Origin: an uncultured virus (IMG/VR IMGVR_UViG_3300042446_001322)
Lineage: Duplodnaviria; Heunggongvirae; Uroviricota; Caudoviricetes
Direction: 5' to 3' (one strand)
Virus record (IMG/VR): IMGVR_UViG_3300042446_001322
DNA: 64,000 nucleotides
Part shown: positions 1 to 7,903 of the stretch, one piece after another
Layout: every line of letters starts with the position of its first letter
Position numbering within the stretch: position 1 is the first letter of the stretch
Program-made: the position numbers and the translations under genes
Notes under the pieces: generated by a model
What the model saw: the letters and a program-made list of their open reading frames with translations, nothing else
What the model was told of the DNA's origin: nothing
The model's database searches: none

Positions 1-114
1 CAGGTTTGGACTTCTCAGTAAGGGAAATGACGATGTCTATAACTTTACTACCCTCAGGAAAGTTTCTCTGATCAAGAATTACTACCTGGGGTTTTTTTAT
101 TTAAAATAGTTTAT

Positions 115-122
115 TATATTTG
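115..122 (+). promoter_or_regulatory. Bacteroidota-type -7 promoter box
   Basis: TATATTTG matches TAnnTTTG consensus; follows a T-tract. Confidence 0.55.
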
Positions 123-197
123 CTGTAGCATTATTTAAAATTGACGTTATTAGGTTAGGTAAGGAAACCTCTGGAGTAATCTGGAGGTTTTGTTTTT
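123..197 (+). ncRNA. Candidate small RNA A (promoter, 5' hairpin, linker, terminator; no ORF)
   Basis: TATATTTG at 115-122; imperfect hairpin about 126-149; 11-bp stem aaacctctgga-GTAA-tctggaggttt at 165-190 plus T-tract; shares TTAGGTAAGGAAA with 1823-1835. Confidence 0.45.
165..197 (+). terminator. Intrinsic terminator
   Basis: 11-bp stem, GTAA loop, followed by tgttttt. Confidence 0.75.
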
Positions 198-202
198 ATT
201 AT

Positions 203-210
203 TATATTTG
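203..210 (+). promoter_or_regulatory. -7 promoter box
   Basis: TATATTTG 12 nt before ATG at 223. Confidence 0.55.
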
Positions 211-222
211 TATTTTAAAATT

Positions 223-504
223 ATGAGCATGAAGGAGTATAGAAAAATAGCTACAGTAAAAGCTAAGATATTTGAGCTGGGTGATGAGGATGGATTCACA
301 TGGACATATCGTGAACTAGCAAGTGGAAGAGATGATATTCAGTTTGGGATTTCAGCACCAGAACCAACAATACCATATATATCTACATTGGAGAATCAAG
401 AACTTAAAGGTGAGTTTGGAAAACACTATGTATGTACTGGTATACAAGGTGAAAGATGGCTAGTAGAAAAAGAAATATTTGAAACAACATATACAGAAAT
501 ATGA
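223..504 (+). CDS. Small phage protein, PGDYG-like family
   Basis: YRKxATVKA...YVCTGIQGERWLVEKEIFETTY pattern; track start (190) overlaps terminator and promoter, so ATG 223 or 229 is preferred. Confidence 0.65.
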   Translation: MSMKEYRKIATVKAKIFELGDEDGFTWTYRELASGRDDIQFGISAPEPTIPYISTLENQELKGEFGKHYVCTGIQGERWLVEKEIFETTYTEI

Positions 505-660
505 AATTATGATGGGAAAAAATTTGATAGCTTTTTTCTTACTACTAATAATGGTGAAATTAAATTGACCCCGGGGGACTATGTTATAAAAGACTGGTAC
601 GGGGAATATACTTTGATGCCAGAAAAAAATTTTAATAGAATGTATAAGGTGTTTGAATAA
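505..660 (+). pseudogene. Start-less PGDYG-like domain in frame after TGA 502-504 (remnant or readthrough)
   Basis: Translates NYDGKKFDSFFLTTNNGEIKLTPGDYVIKDWYGEYTLMPEKNFNRMYKVFE*; no in-frame ATG at its start. Confidence 0.55.
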
Positions 661-672
661 TACTTATATTTG

Positions 673-768
673 TGATATCATTATTTGTTTTGCGATTAAT
701 AATGGTTCTTGTTTTAATTGGTTACTCAATGGTAGGTCTAGATGTAAAAAGTCTAGACTTATTTTTTT
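673..768 (+). ncRNA. Candidate small RNA B
   Basis: TATATTTG 665-672; 9-bp stem atcattatt/aataatggt; U-rich linker; terminator ggtctaga...tctagact plus T7; no ORF. Confidence 0.45.
735..768 (+). terminator. Intrinsic terminator
   Basis: ggtctaga-tgtaaaaag-tctagact then attttttt. Confidence 0.7.
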
Positions 769-771
769 GTT

Positions 772-788
772 TAAACTTTAATTGTTTA
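772..788. promoter_or_regulatory. Operator-like inverted repeat TAAAC-N7-GTTTA
   Basis: taaactttaattgttta; degenerate second copy at 790-806; same motif at four other promoter regions. Confidence 0.55.
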
Positions 789-829
789 ATAAATTTATTA
801 TCTTTACTGGATAATTAAAATATAATATT

Positions 830-1120
830 ATGAGTAAAGCAATTAAAAGTCTGAAAGGACGCAGAGTATTAATCAGTCAGCCAGAAAGAAAAGAATCTGT
901 GATTGAATTAAGTGAAGCTGATAAAGCACATATGGATTCTGAGGACATGAAGAAATGGACCAAGTTAACAGTGTATGCAATTGGTGAAGATGTTACTACA
1001 ATTAAAGCAGGTGATGTAGTTTACATTGGTGTTAATGCTATCAAAGGTGCAGAAGCACTTGAGGTTGATGGAGGCATCAAGTTGATGGTAAGTGAATATG
1101 ACATTGCAATTGTTTGGTAA
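830..1120 (+). CDS. groES: Co-chaperonin GroES/cpn10-like protein
   Basis: 96 aa; GRRVLI, VYAIGEDV, IKAGDVV, VSEYDIAIV follow the cpn10 pattern. Confidence 0.75.
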   Translation: MSKAIKSLKGRRVLISQPERKESVIELSEADKAHMDSEDMKKWTKLTVYAIGEDVTTIKAGDVVYIGVNAIKGAEALEVDGGIKLMVSEYDIAIVW

Positions 1121-1121
1121 G

Positions 1122-1535
1122 ATGAGCCCTTTAATTTGTGATGATTATAAAAGGATGGTAGGAAAACCTGAGACATCTAATACATATACTAAAAGTTTAA
1201 AGATTATGGCTGAACTTGCTGCAAATAAAAGCCAAGAAATGTATAAAGATTATATCAGAAAAGATTCTTTTGCAGGAGCAAAACCTAAAGCAGTTACATT
1301 ACCAGATTTAAATGCTAAACCTTATCCGTTAAGGCCAGCTCATTATGGTGGTCCTAATAATCCTTATGAAGTGTTCAATGTGCTTGAGGCATGGGGATTA
1401 GATAAAGACTTTTACTTAGGTAATGTAATTAAGTACATAGCAAGAGCTGGAAAGAAAGATGCTACTAAAGAGTTAGAGGATCTGGAAAAAGCTGAAGTAT
1501 ATTTAAAAAGAAGAATAACTGAACTGAAAAAATGA
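1122..1535 (+). CDS. DUF3310-family phage protein
   Basis: PAHYGG...FYLGNVIKYIARAGKK...EDLEKAEVYL; ATG 1122 just after the previous stop preferred over 1092. Confidence 0.8.
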   Translation: MSPLICDDYKRMVGKPETSNTYTKSLKIMAELAANKSQEMYKDYIRKDSFAGAKPKAVTLPDLNAKPYPLRPAHYGGPNNPYEVFNVLEAWGLDKDFYLGNVIKYIARAGKKDATKELEDLEKAEVYLKRRITELKK

Positions 1536-1756
1536 AATGGATTTTGATATTATTATTGTATTCATGTGCAACATCTGGTCCTAACTATAATCAAGGTGGG
1601 AGTCATAATGATGATGTAGCAATGCGTAATAAACTTGTATATAAAGAAGACCTTAGAGTTAAAAAACAAATGAATAAAGCAAGGGCTTCAGCTAGAAGAA
1701 GTATACATAAATCAAAAAAATTTAAAAATAAAAAATTAAGAAGTATAGTTAATTAA
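1532..1756 (+). CDS. Small lipoprotein with basic C-terminus
   Basis: MKWILILLLYSC lipobox-type signal; ATGA overlap with the upstream gene. Confidence 0.65.
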   Translation: MKWILILLLYSCATSGPNYNQGGSHNDDVAMRNKLVYKEDLRVKKQMNKARASARRSIHKSKKFKNKKLRSIVN

Positions 1757-1775
1757 AATATTATTTATACATTGC

Positions 1776-1866
1776 AATAACTTAAGGCTATAATTCTCTG
1801 TTAGGCTGTTAATTTTTACACATTAGGTAAGGAAATCCCAGATTAATTTTCTGGGATTTTGTTTTT
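1776..1866 (+). ncRNA. Candidate small RNA C
   Basis: TACATTG variant box 1768-1774; hairpin aataacttaa/ttaggctgtt; TTAGGTAAGGAAA then 10-bp terminator stem, same layout as RNA A. Confidence 0.45.
1833..1866 (+). terminator. Intrinsic terminator
   Basis: aaatcccaga-ttaattt-tctgggattt plus tgttttt. Confidence 0.75.
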
Positions 1867-1914
1867 ATAAAACTTTTTTGTATATTATAGTATATATATA
1901 TAAAATAAATAATC

Positions 1915-2454
1915 ATGGACATTTTAAATTTTATTTCCTGGATCAAAGCTAAGCGTGTAACTACTACACCTCCAGATGGATCTCTAGTTGCTGTAGGTGC
2001 GCCTTCAAGAAAAAGAGATGACAAGTATCTTACAGTAGCAATGACATTAAATGATGCAGTACAATCAGGTAATATTGGTAATACTAAACATTATGAGTTA
2101 GACATGGCAATTACTAGTGTTGTAACAGTAGATACTCCCCGTGGTATTATTGATATTCTTAATATGGGATCATCTGCTCCTTTAACTCCTGATCCAGCTT
2201 ATGCTACTTCAGTATCTTTCACAATTGATAATTTAGATTTAGATCTTACTTTAGCCAATAGAGATAATATATATGTACAGTATTCTGTATATTACAAAAA
2301 CACTATAACTGACAATGCTATTCCACACTTAATTGCTACAGGAGCTACAACTGGATTAGATTTTAATTTTTATAATGCAAATCCTGCAATAGCTGGAGTT
2401 AATAACTGGAATGGTGCATTGTATGTATACTTTGAACTATACACAATTAATTAA
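1915..2454 (+). CDS. Putative virion fibre/decoration protein, MDILNFISWIK family copy 1
   Basis: N-terminus paralogous to 2480 and 3565; beta-rich C-terminus. Confidence 0.55.
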   Translation: MDILNFISWIKAKRVTTTPPDGSLVAVGAPSRKRDDKYLTVAMTLNDAVQSGNIGNTKHYELDMAITSVVTVDTPRGIIDILNMGSSAPLTPDPAYATSVSFTIDNLDLDLTLANRDNIYVQYSVYYKNTITDNAIPHLIATGATTGLDFNFYNANPAIAGVNNWNGALYVYFELYTIN

Positions 2455-2479
2455 TAAATAAAAATAAAAAATAAATAAC

Positions 2480-3109
2480 ATGGATATATTAAATTTTATA
2501 AGTTGGATTAAAGGTAAGAGAATAGTAAGTACTGTTGATACTACTAAAACAGTAATACCATTAGGTCTTAAAGATGGACGTAGAGATGATGACTACTTAG
2601 CTGGTACTATTTCAGTTGCTGACTTTGCTGCTGTAGTTTCAGATCCTTCAGTAACTTTTATACAAGGTTCAATTGAACCAAACGTTCAAGCTACTATGAC
2701 TGCAATAGGTGGTACAATAACTAAGAAAAATGGTACTGTACTTAAAAGATATAGAATACAAGGTATTGCTGACCTTGCAGGTTCAAGTTCATATGCTCTT
2801 CTTATTGGAGTTGTTTCAGGTTCTAATACTTCATTTAGAGTAAGAGAAGATACAGTAATCTTAGCAGAAAATACTAATATATATGACACTGTTGCTTCTG
2901 CAATGAACTTTAATGTTTTAGTAGCTAATAATGCAGGTAATTTAATTTCAACAACAAATGCTCTTATAGCAGATGATAATACAATTAGTACTATACAAGA
3001 TCATTGGTATACTTTAGTAATGGCAGCAGCTACTCCATTTAAAGCTCAAGTAAATATTGATTTTACAATAGCAATACCTGAAGATGAAACAGTAGAATTT
3101 ATTAATTAA
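2480..3109 (+). CDS. Putative virion fibre/decoration protein, copy 2
   Basis: Identical first 11 aa and RDDxYL motif shared with 1915. Confidence 0.55.
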   Translation: MDILNFISWIKGKRIVSTVDTTKTVIPLGLKDGRRDDDYLAGTISVADFAAVVSDPSVTFIQGSIEPNVQATMTAIGGTITKKNGTVLKRYRIQGIADLAGSSSYALLIGVVSGSNTSFRVREDTVILAENTNIYDTVASAMNFNVLVANNAGNLISTTNALIADDNTISTIQDHWYTLVMAAATPFKAQVNIDFTIAIPEDETVEFIN

Positions 3110-3124
3110 TAAAACTTAAAAATT

Positions 3125-3253
3125 ATGGAAAAAGAAAATAGAGTAACCGCTTTTTTATTAAAAAAGTATGGAGCAGATGTGACAAAAAAAGCTATGGAAG
3201 TTTTTAAAAAAAAACAAAGTGAATATATTCAAAAAGATAAAGCAATAAATTAA
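3125..3253 (+). CDS. Hypothetical 42-aa protein (not in ORF track)
   Basis: MEKENRVTAFLLKKYGADV...; A-rich leader, fills the intergenic gap. Confidence 0.5.
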   Translation: MEKENRVTAFLLKKYGADVTKKAMEVFKKKQSEYIQKDKAIN

Positions 3254-3275
3254 TTAACTATAAAAAATAAATATC

Positions 3276-3497
3276 ATGGCAGCACCAATAGCATTAAAAG
3301 AAGCAAACATTAAAGTATACGCATCAGTATTGATGAATAACTCAGTATCATTAGATGAAAAAGCAGTAGCATTAACTGCAATATATGATTTTTTTGTTAA
3401 TACATATACTAATACTGAAGTATACAATGAATTTGGATTAGGAGTATATTTCCGTGATAGTGTATCAGGTGATATTAAAACTACACAGGTACCGTAA
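3276..3497 (+). CDS. Hypothetical protein
   Basis: ORF with aaaataaatatcATG leader. Confidence 0.65.
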   Translation: MAAPIALKEANIKVYASVLMNNSVSLDEKAVALTAIYDFFVNTYTNTEVYNEFGLGVYFRDSVSGDIKTTQVP

Positions 3498-3507
3498 TTA
3501 AAAAAAT

Positions 3508-3542
3508 AAATACCACAGATATAATATATTTGTGGTATTTTT
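3508..3542 (+). terminator. Intrinsic terminator
   Basis: aaataccacagatat...atatttgtggtattt stem plus T. Confidence 0.65.
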
Positions 3543-3564
3543 ACATTAAATTAAAATAATAAAG

Positions 3565-4923
3565 ATGTTAAATAACTTAATTAATTTTCTAAATCTTATT
3601 TCAAGTAAGATGATGAAAAAAGTTCCTGAAGATCAAGATTTAATTATTCTTGGTACAAGAGATTCTAAATATGGAGGTGGTTATAAACCTACAGGTATAT
3701 CAGTAGCTGATTTTTTAAGTAGTATACCTACACCTACAGTGCCTTTTGGTATTTGGTCATTATCTGATTCTGCAGGTGAAAAAACTTACTATGATACTTA
3801 TGAAGATGCAATACCTTTTTTTGATTTTGGAAATGCAATTACTTTAGAGACAAGTACTAATCTAAGTGTAAATTTAGTTCTTAAAAACGGTATAAATATA
3901 AACTTAAATGGTAATACATTAAGAGTAGATGATTCTGCATATATTACTGATAATGGAATATTCGTAAACACTGTTATATTCAATGGTACTATAAGTCTAC
4001 AAGTGAGTTCTAACTATGGCCTATACGTATTAAATGCTTCAAGCAAAATATCTATCCCTGCTATTTTAGATGGTACCGGAAACAATTTTTCTAATGGTGT
4101 ATATTCTGTAGGTACAGTGACTGATGCAAATGTAATTGCAAATGAGGGTATGTTTCAAGGAGCTAATACTGCTGTTTTTGATAATTGTAAAATAAGAGCT
4201 TTTGGACCAAATAGAGGAAATCAAGATACTGTTAATGGTCATGCTTTATACTTAGCAGGAGTAGCTTCAAATATGGAAGTTTATTCTACAGTATCTAATA
4301 AATATTGTGCAAGAGCCCATGTTGCAGGAGCTAGATTAAATAACAGTAGACTTGAATCAACAGCTCATAGATCAGTATTTTTAAATGGAGGTTTTGTTGA
4401 TGCTTGTTGGATGAGAGCTCCAAACTTTACATGTAAAGTAGAAGGTGGAGGTACACTACGTAATAGTTATTCTGAATCAAGTGCAGCAGCTCCTATATAT
4501 TGTCTTAATCAAGACGGTGCAGTAAGTGATTGTACTTTTGTAGCACAAACAGCCAATGCTTTATACTTTGTAGGAATAGGTACATGGTATAGCAATTGTA
4601 CATTTATAAGTAACTTAGCAGCTACAGGTGGATCATTCTTGTCTGGTTCAGAGGTGTTATTTGAAGATTGTAGATTTATATGTAGATGGGATAATGCAGC
4701 TGGTCATTGTGCAAACTTACCTCTTGTTAATACTTCATTTATAGACTGTAAATTTACAACAAGAAATGTTTCTGCATTAGGTATAAATGTAGGAGCTGTA
4801 GGCATCTACTTAGTAGATAATAAATTCAAAGGTCCTGCTGGATCATTAGGTTATTCAGCATCTTTAATAAACTTAGCATTAAATACACAAGATAACAGAG
4901 GTAACTCTATAATAAATTACTAA
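3565..4923 (+). CDS. Fibre/spike protein with predicted beta-helix (pectin-lyase-like) domain
   Basis: Family N-terminus; NxNLNGNT and repeated xCxF/xCxxR turns; C-terminal half parallels the 7903 protein. Confidence 0.6.
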   Translation: MLNNLINFLNLISSKMMKKVPEDQDLIILGTRDSKYGGGYKPTGISVADFLSSIPTPTVPFGIWSLSDSAGEKTYYDTYEDAIPFFDFGNAITLETSTNLSVNLVLKNGININLNGNTLRVDDSAYITDNGIFVNTVIFNGTISLQVSSNYGLYVLNASSKISIPAILDGTGNNFSNGVYSVGTVTDANVIANEGMFQGANTAVFDNCKIRAFGPNRGNQDTVNGHALYLAGVASNMEVYSTVSNKYCARAHVAGARLNNSRLESTAHRSVFLNGGFVDACWMRAPNFTCKVEGGGTLRNSYSESSAAAPIYCLNQDGAVSDCTFVAQTANALYFVGIGTWYSNCTFISNLAATGGSFLSGSEVLFEDCRFICRWDNAAGHCANLPLVNTSFIDCKFTTRNVSALGINVGAVGIYLVDNKFKGPAGSLGYSASLINLALNTQDNRGNSIINY

Positions 4924-4924
4924 A

Positions 4925-5128
4925 ATGGATTCAATAGATAAATTAGAAGCAGAAAACGGAGGTCAAGTTTTAAACCAATTAGTTGTTCAGTTAAGTGAAG
5001 AAAATGGTATTAGAACAATTAAGCAATCCAAATTCTTTACATCAATGGGTGAAGTATACTACAGTAAACTTACAAAAAAAGATAAAGAAGTGTGGGATGC
5101 ATTTGTATTAATGATTAGTAATAAATAA
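4925..5128 (+). CDS. Small partner of fibre gene (putative chaperone)
   Basis: 67 aa, directly after the fibre gene; LTxxxKxxxxxF tail similar to 10893. Confidence 0.5.
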   Translation: MDSIDKLEAENGGQVLNQLVVQLSEENGIRTIKQSKFFTSMGEVYYSKLTKKDKEVWDAFVLMISNK

Positions 5129-5133
5129 GTATC

Positions 5134-6156
5134 ATGGCAGTAGTAACAGTAATAGGCAAACAAGTTGGAGGAGTACCTTTCACAGTACGTGTTGATAGTG
5201 TAGCTGATCATGCATCTGTAGCAAATAATACAAACTTTTTAGATTTATCTGATGGTTTAGTTTATTTTAAAAATTCTACTGGTGCAATTGAAACTATTTT
5301 TAGTGCTTCTGCATCATTGCCAGCATGGTTAGAATCTAATGCAACAGATCTTACTATTTGGAATAATGGAAAAGGTAACGTTGCTACAAACACATCATAT
5401 GGTGATGGTGCACTTAAATCTAATACGTCAGGTTTTGAAAATACAGCTATAGGTCAATTAGCATTACAAAATAATACAACAGGTGCTTATAATATTGCTA
5501 TTGGTAATTCTGCTTTACAAAATAATACAACTGGAACAACAAATACAGCAATTGGTCGGTTTGCTTTACAAAATAATACAATAGGAGTTAATAATACTGC
5601 TATTGGTAATCAAGCATTAATCAATAATGTATCGGGTGCTGATAATACTTCTATAGGATATAATTCATTTATTTTTAATACAACTGGAATTAGAAATATT
5701 GGAGTAGGTTCATATTCATTATTTTCTAATACTACCGGTGGTAATAATACAGCTGTAGGTTTTGAAGCATTAAGAAGTAATACCACAAGTAGTAATTTAA
5801 CAGCTATAGGTTTTAATGCTTTATATGCAAATACAACAGGTACTAATCTTACTGCTGTAGGATATAGTGCATTAAATTCTAATACATCAGGTTATAATAA
5901 TGTTGCAATTGGTAATTCTTCTTTAACAGCAAACACTACAGGAGATAGCAATACAGCAATAGGAAACAATACTCAAAGTGGAAATTTTAGTGGTTCAGTT
6001 ATATTAGGAAATTCTGCTATAGCTACTGCAAATAATCAATTTGTAATTGGTACTGCAGCAGTAAATGCAGGAGCAGTAACAGTAGAAGTAAATGCATCTT
6101 CTCAAGTATGGAATGTAGTTATTAATGGAGTAGCAAGAAAAATCTTGTTAGCATAA
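5134..6156 (+). CDS. Tail fibre with 14-aa NTAIG repeats (autotransporter-head-like beta-roll)
   Basis: More than ten tandem ALxxNTTGxxNTAIG repeats. Confidence 0.7.
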   Translation: MAVVTVIGKQVGGVPFTVRVDSVADHASVANNTNFLDLSDGLVYFKNSTGAIETIFSASASLPAWLESNATDLTIWNNGKGNVATNTSYGDGALKSNTSGFENTAIGQLALQNNTTGAYNIAIGNSALQNNTTGTTNTAIGRFALQNNTIGVNNTAIGNQALINNVSGADNTSIGYNSFIFNTTGIRNIGVGSYSLFSNTTGGNNTAVGFEALRSNTTSSNLTAIGFNALYANTTGTNLTAVGYSALNSNTSGYNNVAIGNSSLTANTTGDSNTAIGNNTQSGNFSGSVILGNSAIATANNQFVIGTAAVNAGAVTVEVNASSQVWNVVINGVARKILLA

Positions 6157-6170
6157 TAAAAATAAATATC

Positions 6171-6389
6171 ATGGAATTAGAATTAACAGCAGAACAAATT
6201 GCAAAATCAATATCAGCAGCATATGATAGTGTTGCATTAATTGCAGAATTAAATGCTAAAGAAACTTTAACGGAAGAAGAAACTGCAACAGTAACACGTA
6301 ATGTAGAACATATTCGTATTATGATGGGTAAAGAGTGGTTTGTTGAAGGACTTACTAATTTACAAATAACTGAATTACAAGCAATATGA
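6171..6389 (+). CDS. Small acidic fibre partner
   Basis: 72 aa helical protein downstream of the fibre gene. Confidence 0.55.
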   Translation: MELELTAEQIAKSISAAYDSVALIAELNAKETLTEEETATVTRNVEHIRIMMGKEWFVEGLTNLQITELQAI

Positions 6390-6538
6390 AAGAGTTAGAG
6401 GCTAAACAAGTAATTGAACAAGCTTTAAATCAAGCATTCCTTAAAGGAGCATTTAATTTACAAGATGCAGCTATGATAACACAAGCATTAAGAGTTTTAT
6501 ATTCTGAACCAGAAGTAGAACTAGTTAGAGAAAATTAA
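6386..6538 (+). CDS. Hypothetical 50-aa protein (not in ORF track)
   Basis: ATGA overlap; MKELEAKQVIEQALNQAFLKGAFNLQDAAM... Confidence 0.6.
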   Translation: MKELEAKQVIEQALNQAFLKGAFNLQDAAMITQALRVLYSEPEVELVREN

Positions 6539-6543
6539 AAATA

Positions 6544-6573
6544 AGAGTCACAGTAATGTGGCTTTTCTTTTTT
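6544..6573 (+). terminator. Intrinsic terminator
   Basis: agagtcaca-GTAA-tgtggcttt plus T-tract. Confidence 0.7.
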
Positions 6574-6629
6574 ATATTTGTATATCTAGAATCTTTTACG
6601 TATATTATTATATATAAAATCAAATTATT

Positions 6630-7235
6630 ATGTCTGTAGGAAATTTAAAAACATATGGTGGCAAGGGTACCAATATGCCATGGCAATTAAAAATGTTATA
6701 TGGCCAAGAATGCGCCTGTGACAATTTAGTTGATATTAATAATAATACTGTTAATGTTGATTCATTACTTAACCAAATATTAACTGCTATTCAAGCAGGA
6801 ACTGAATATGAAGCAGCTTTAGTTATTGATGCTAATGATGTTACTTGGTTAGAGATAAGAATTTATAATGCAGGTACGGGAACATTTGATCCACCCGTTT
6901 ATTATTTAGCAGGAACAAATACTCCAGGTACACCAGTTGCACCAATTACTTATATTAATCCTAATACTTACTTAGCTCAAATAGTAAATAATACATCAGC
7001 TGTTACTAGAACTCCTAATTATATTAGAACTTCTACATCAGGTACAGTTGCTCCAATAACATATAGTCTTTCTATAGCAAATGTAGGAATAGGTGATGGA
7101 ACTTTTTTAGGTGCTACAATTAAACCGGGTGAATCAGTAAGTTTTGGACCTGATGGTATTAATAATTATTATGCTGCTTCTACATTTACATATGACGGAA
7201 CAGGTACTGAATTACTTATTACATATAATTCATAA
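6630..7235 (+). CDS. Putative virion structural protein
   Basis: 201 aa Thr/Gly-rich, first gene after a promoter-like TATATTA at 6601. Confidence 0.55.
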   Translation: MSVGNLKTYGGKGTNMPWQLKMLYGQECACDNLVDINNNTVNVDSLLNQILTAIQAGTEYEAALVIDANDVTWLEIRIYNAGTGTFDPPVYYLAGTNTPGTPVAPITYINPNTYLAQIVNNTSAVTRTPNYIRTSTSGTVAPITYSLSIANVGIGDGTFLGATIKPGESVSFGPDGINNYYAASTFTYDGTGTELLITYNS

Positions 7236-7240
7236 TACAT

Positions 7241-7903
7241 ATGAGTACTCAAATCTCTACAAAAACAATTGTACAAGATGAAGGTACAACTGTGCTTTCT
7301 AATGACATTATAAATTTCACCGGAACTGGTGTTACTGTAAGTAGTGTAGGAGGTGCAGCACAAGTAGATATCCCTGGAAATGTTCCATCTACAAGTTATG
7401 GGTTATATGCTCAAACAACTTCAAGCATACCTGCAACAGGAATTGCTAAAAATAGTATTATCGGTACAGGTGTAGGCACATTAACCGTTCCTGCAAATTC
7501 ATTTCAAATAGGAGATTCCTTTACTTGTGAATTAGATGGTTTTTTATCTTGTTTAGGAACGGCAACATTACACATTCACGTTGAAACATTAGCAGGTGTC
7601 ATTTTAGCAGATACAGGTATAATAAATATGGATGCAACTACTTCAAAATCGTGGTTATTAAATTTGTTTTTTACAGTTAGAAATATAGGAGGAGCAGGTG
7701 TTGCATCAATTTCATCAGGTGGTTTATTTTCTTATATTAAAAATGCAGGAGTTAATTTTGAAGGATATGTGTTAAGTCAAATTAATGCTACGACTTTTGA
7801 TACAACAGTAAATAATACCTTAGTTGTAACTGCTCAATGGAATACAGGTAGTGCAAGTAATACTATTCAATCATTTAACTTTGTTTTACAAAAAGTATAC
7901 TAA
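7241..7903 (+). CDS. Fibre protein, MSTxI family copy 1
   Basis: N-terminal IxFxGxGVxxSxxGG...IPG module shared with 7903. Confidence 0.55.
   Translation: MSTQISTKTIVQDEGTTVLSNDIINFTGTGVTVSSVGGAAQVDIPGNVPSTSYGLYAQTTSSIPATGIAKNSIIGTGVGTLTVPANSFQIGDSFTCELDGFLSCLGTATLHIHVETLAGVILADTGIINMDATTSKSWLLNLFFTVRNIGGAGVASISSGGLFSYIKNAGVNFEGYVLSQINATTFDTTVNNTLVVTAQWNTGSASNTIQSFNFVLQKVY

Noticed and set aside
1..1900. tRNA genes in the intergenic stretches
   Set aside because: No cloverleaf or GTTCRA T-loop recognised
3202..3214. Slippery tttt-A9 run as a programmed frameshift
   Set aside because: ORF closes normally in frame; long A runs are common in this AT-rich genome
5400..5975. 42-nt periodicity resembling a CRISPR or DNA repeat array
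   Set aside because: Explained by 14-aa NTAIG protein repeats with synonymous divergence
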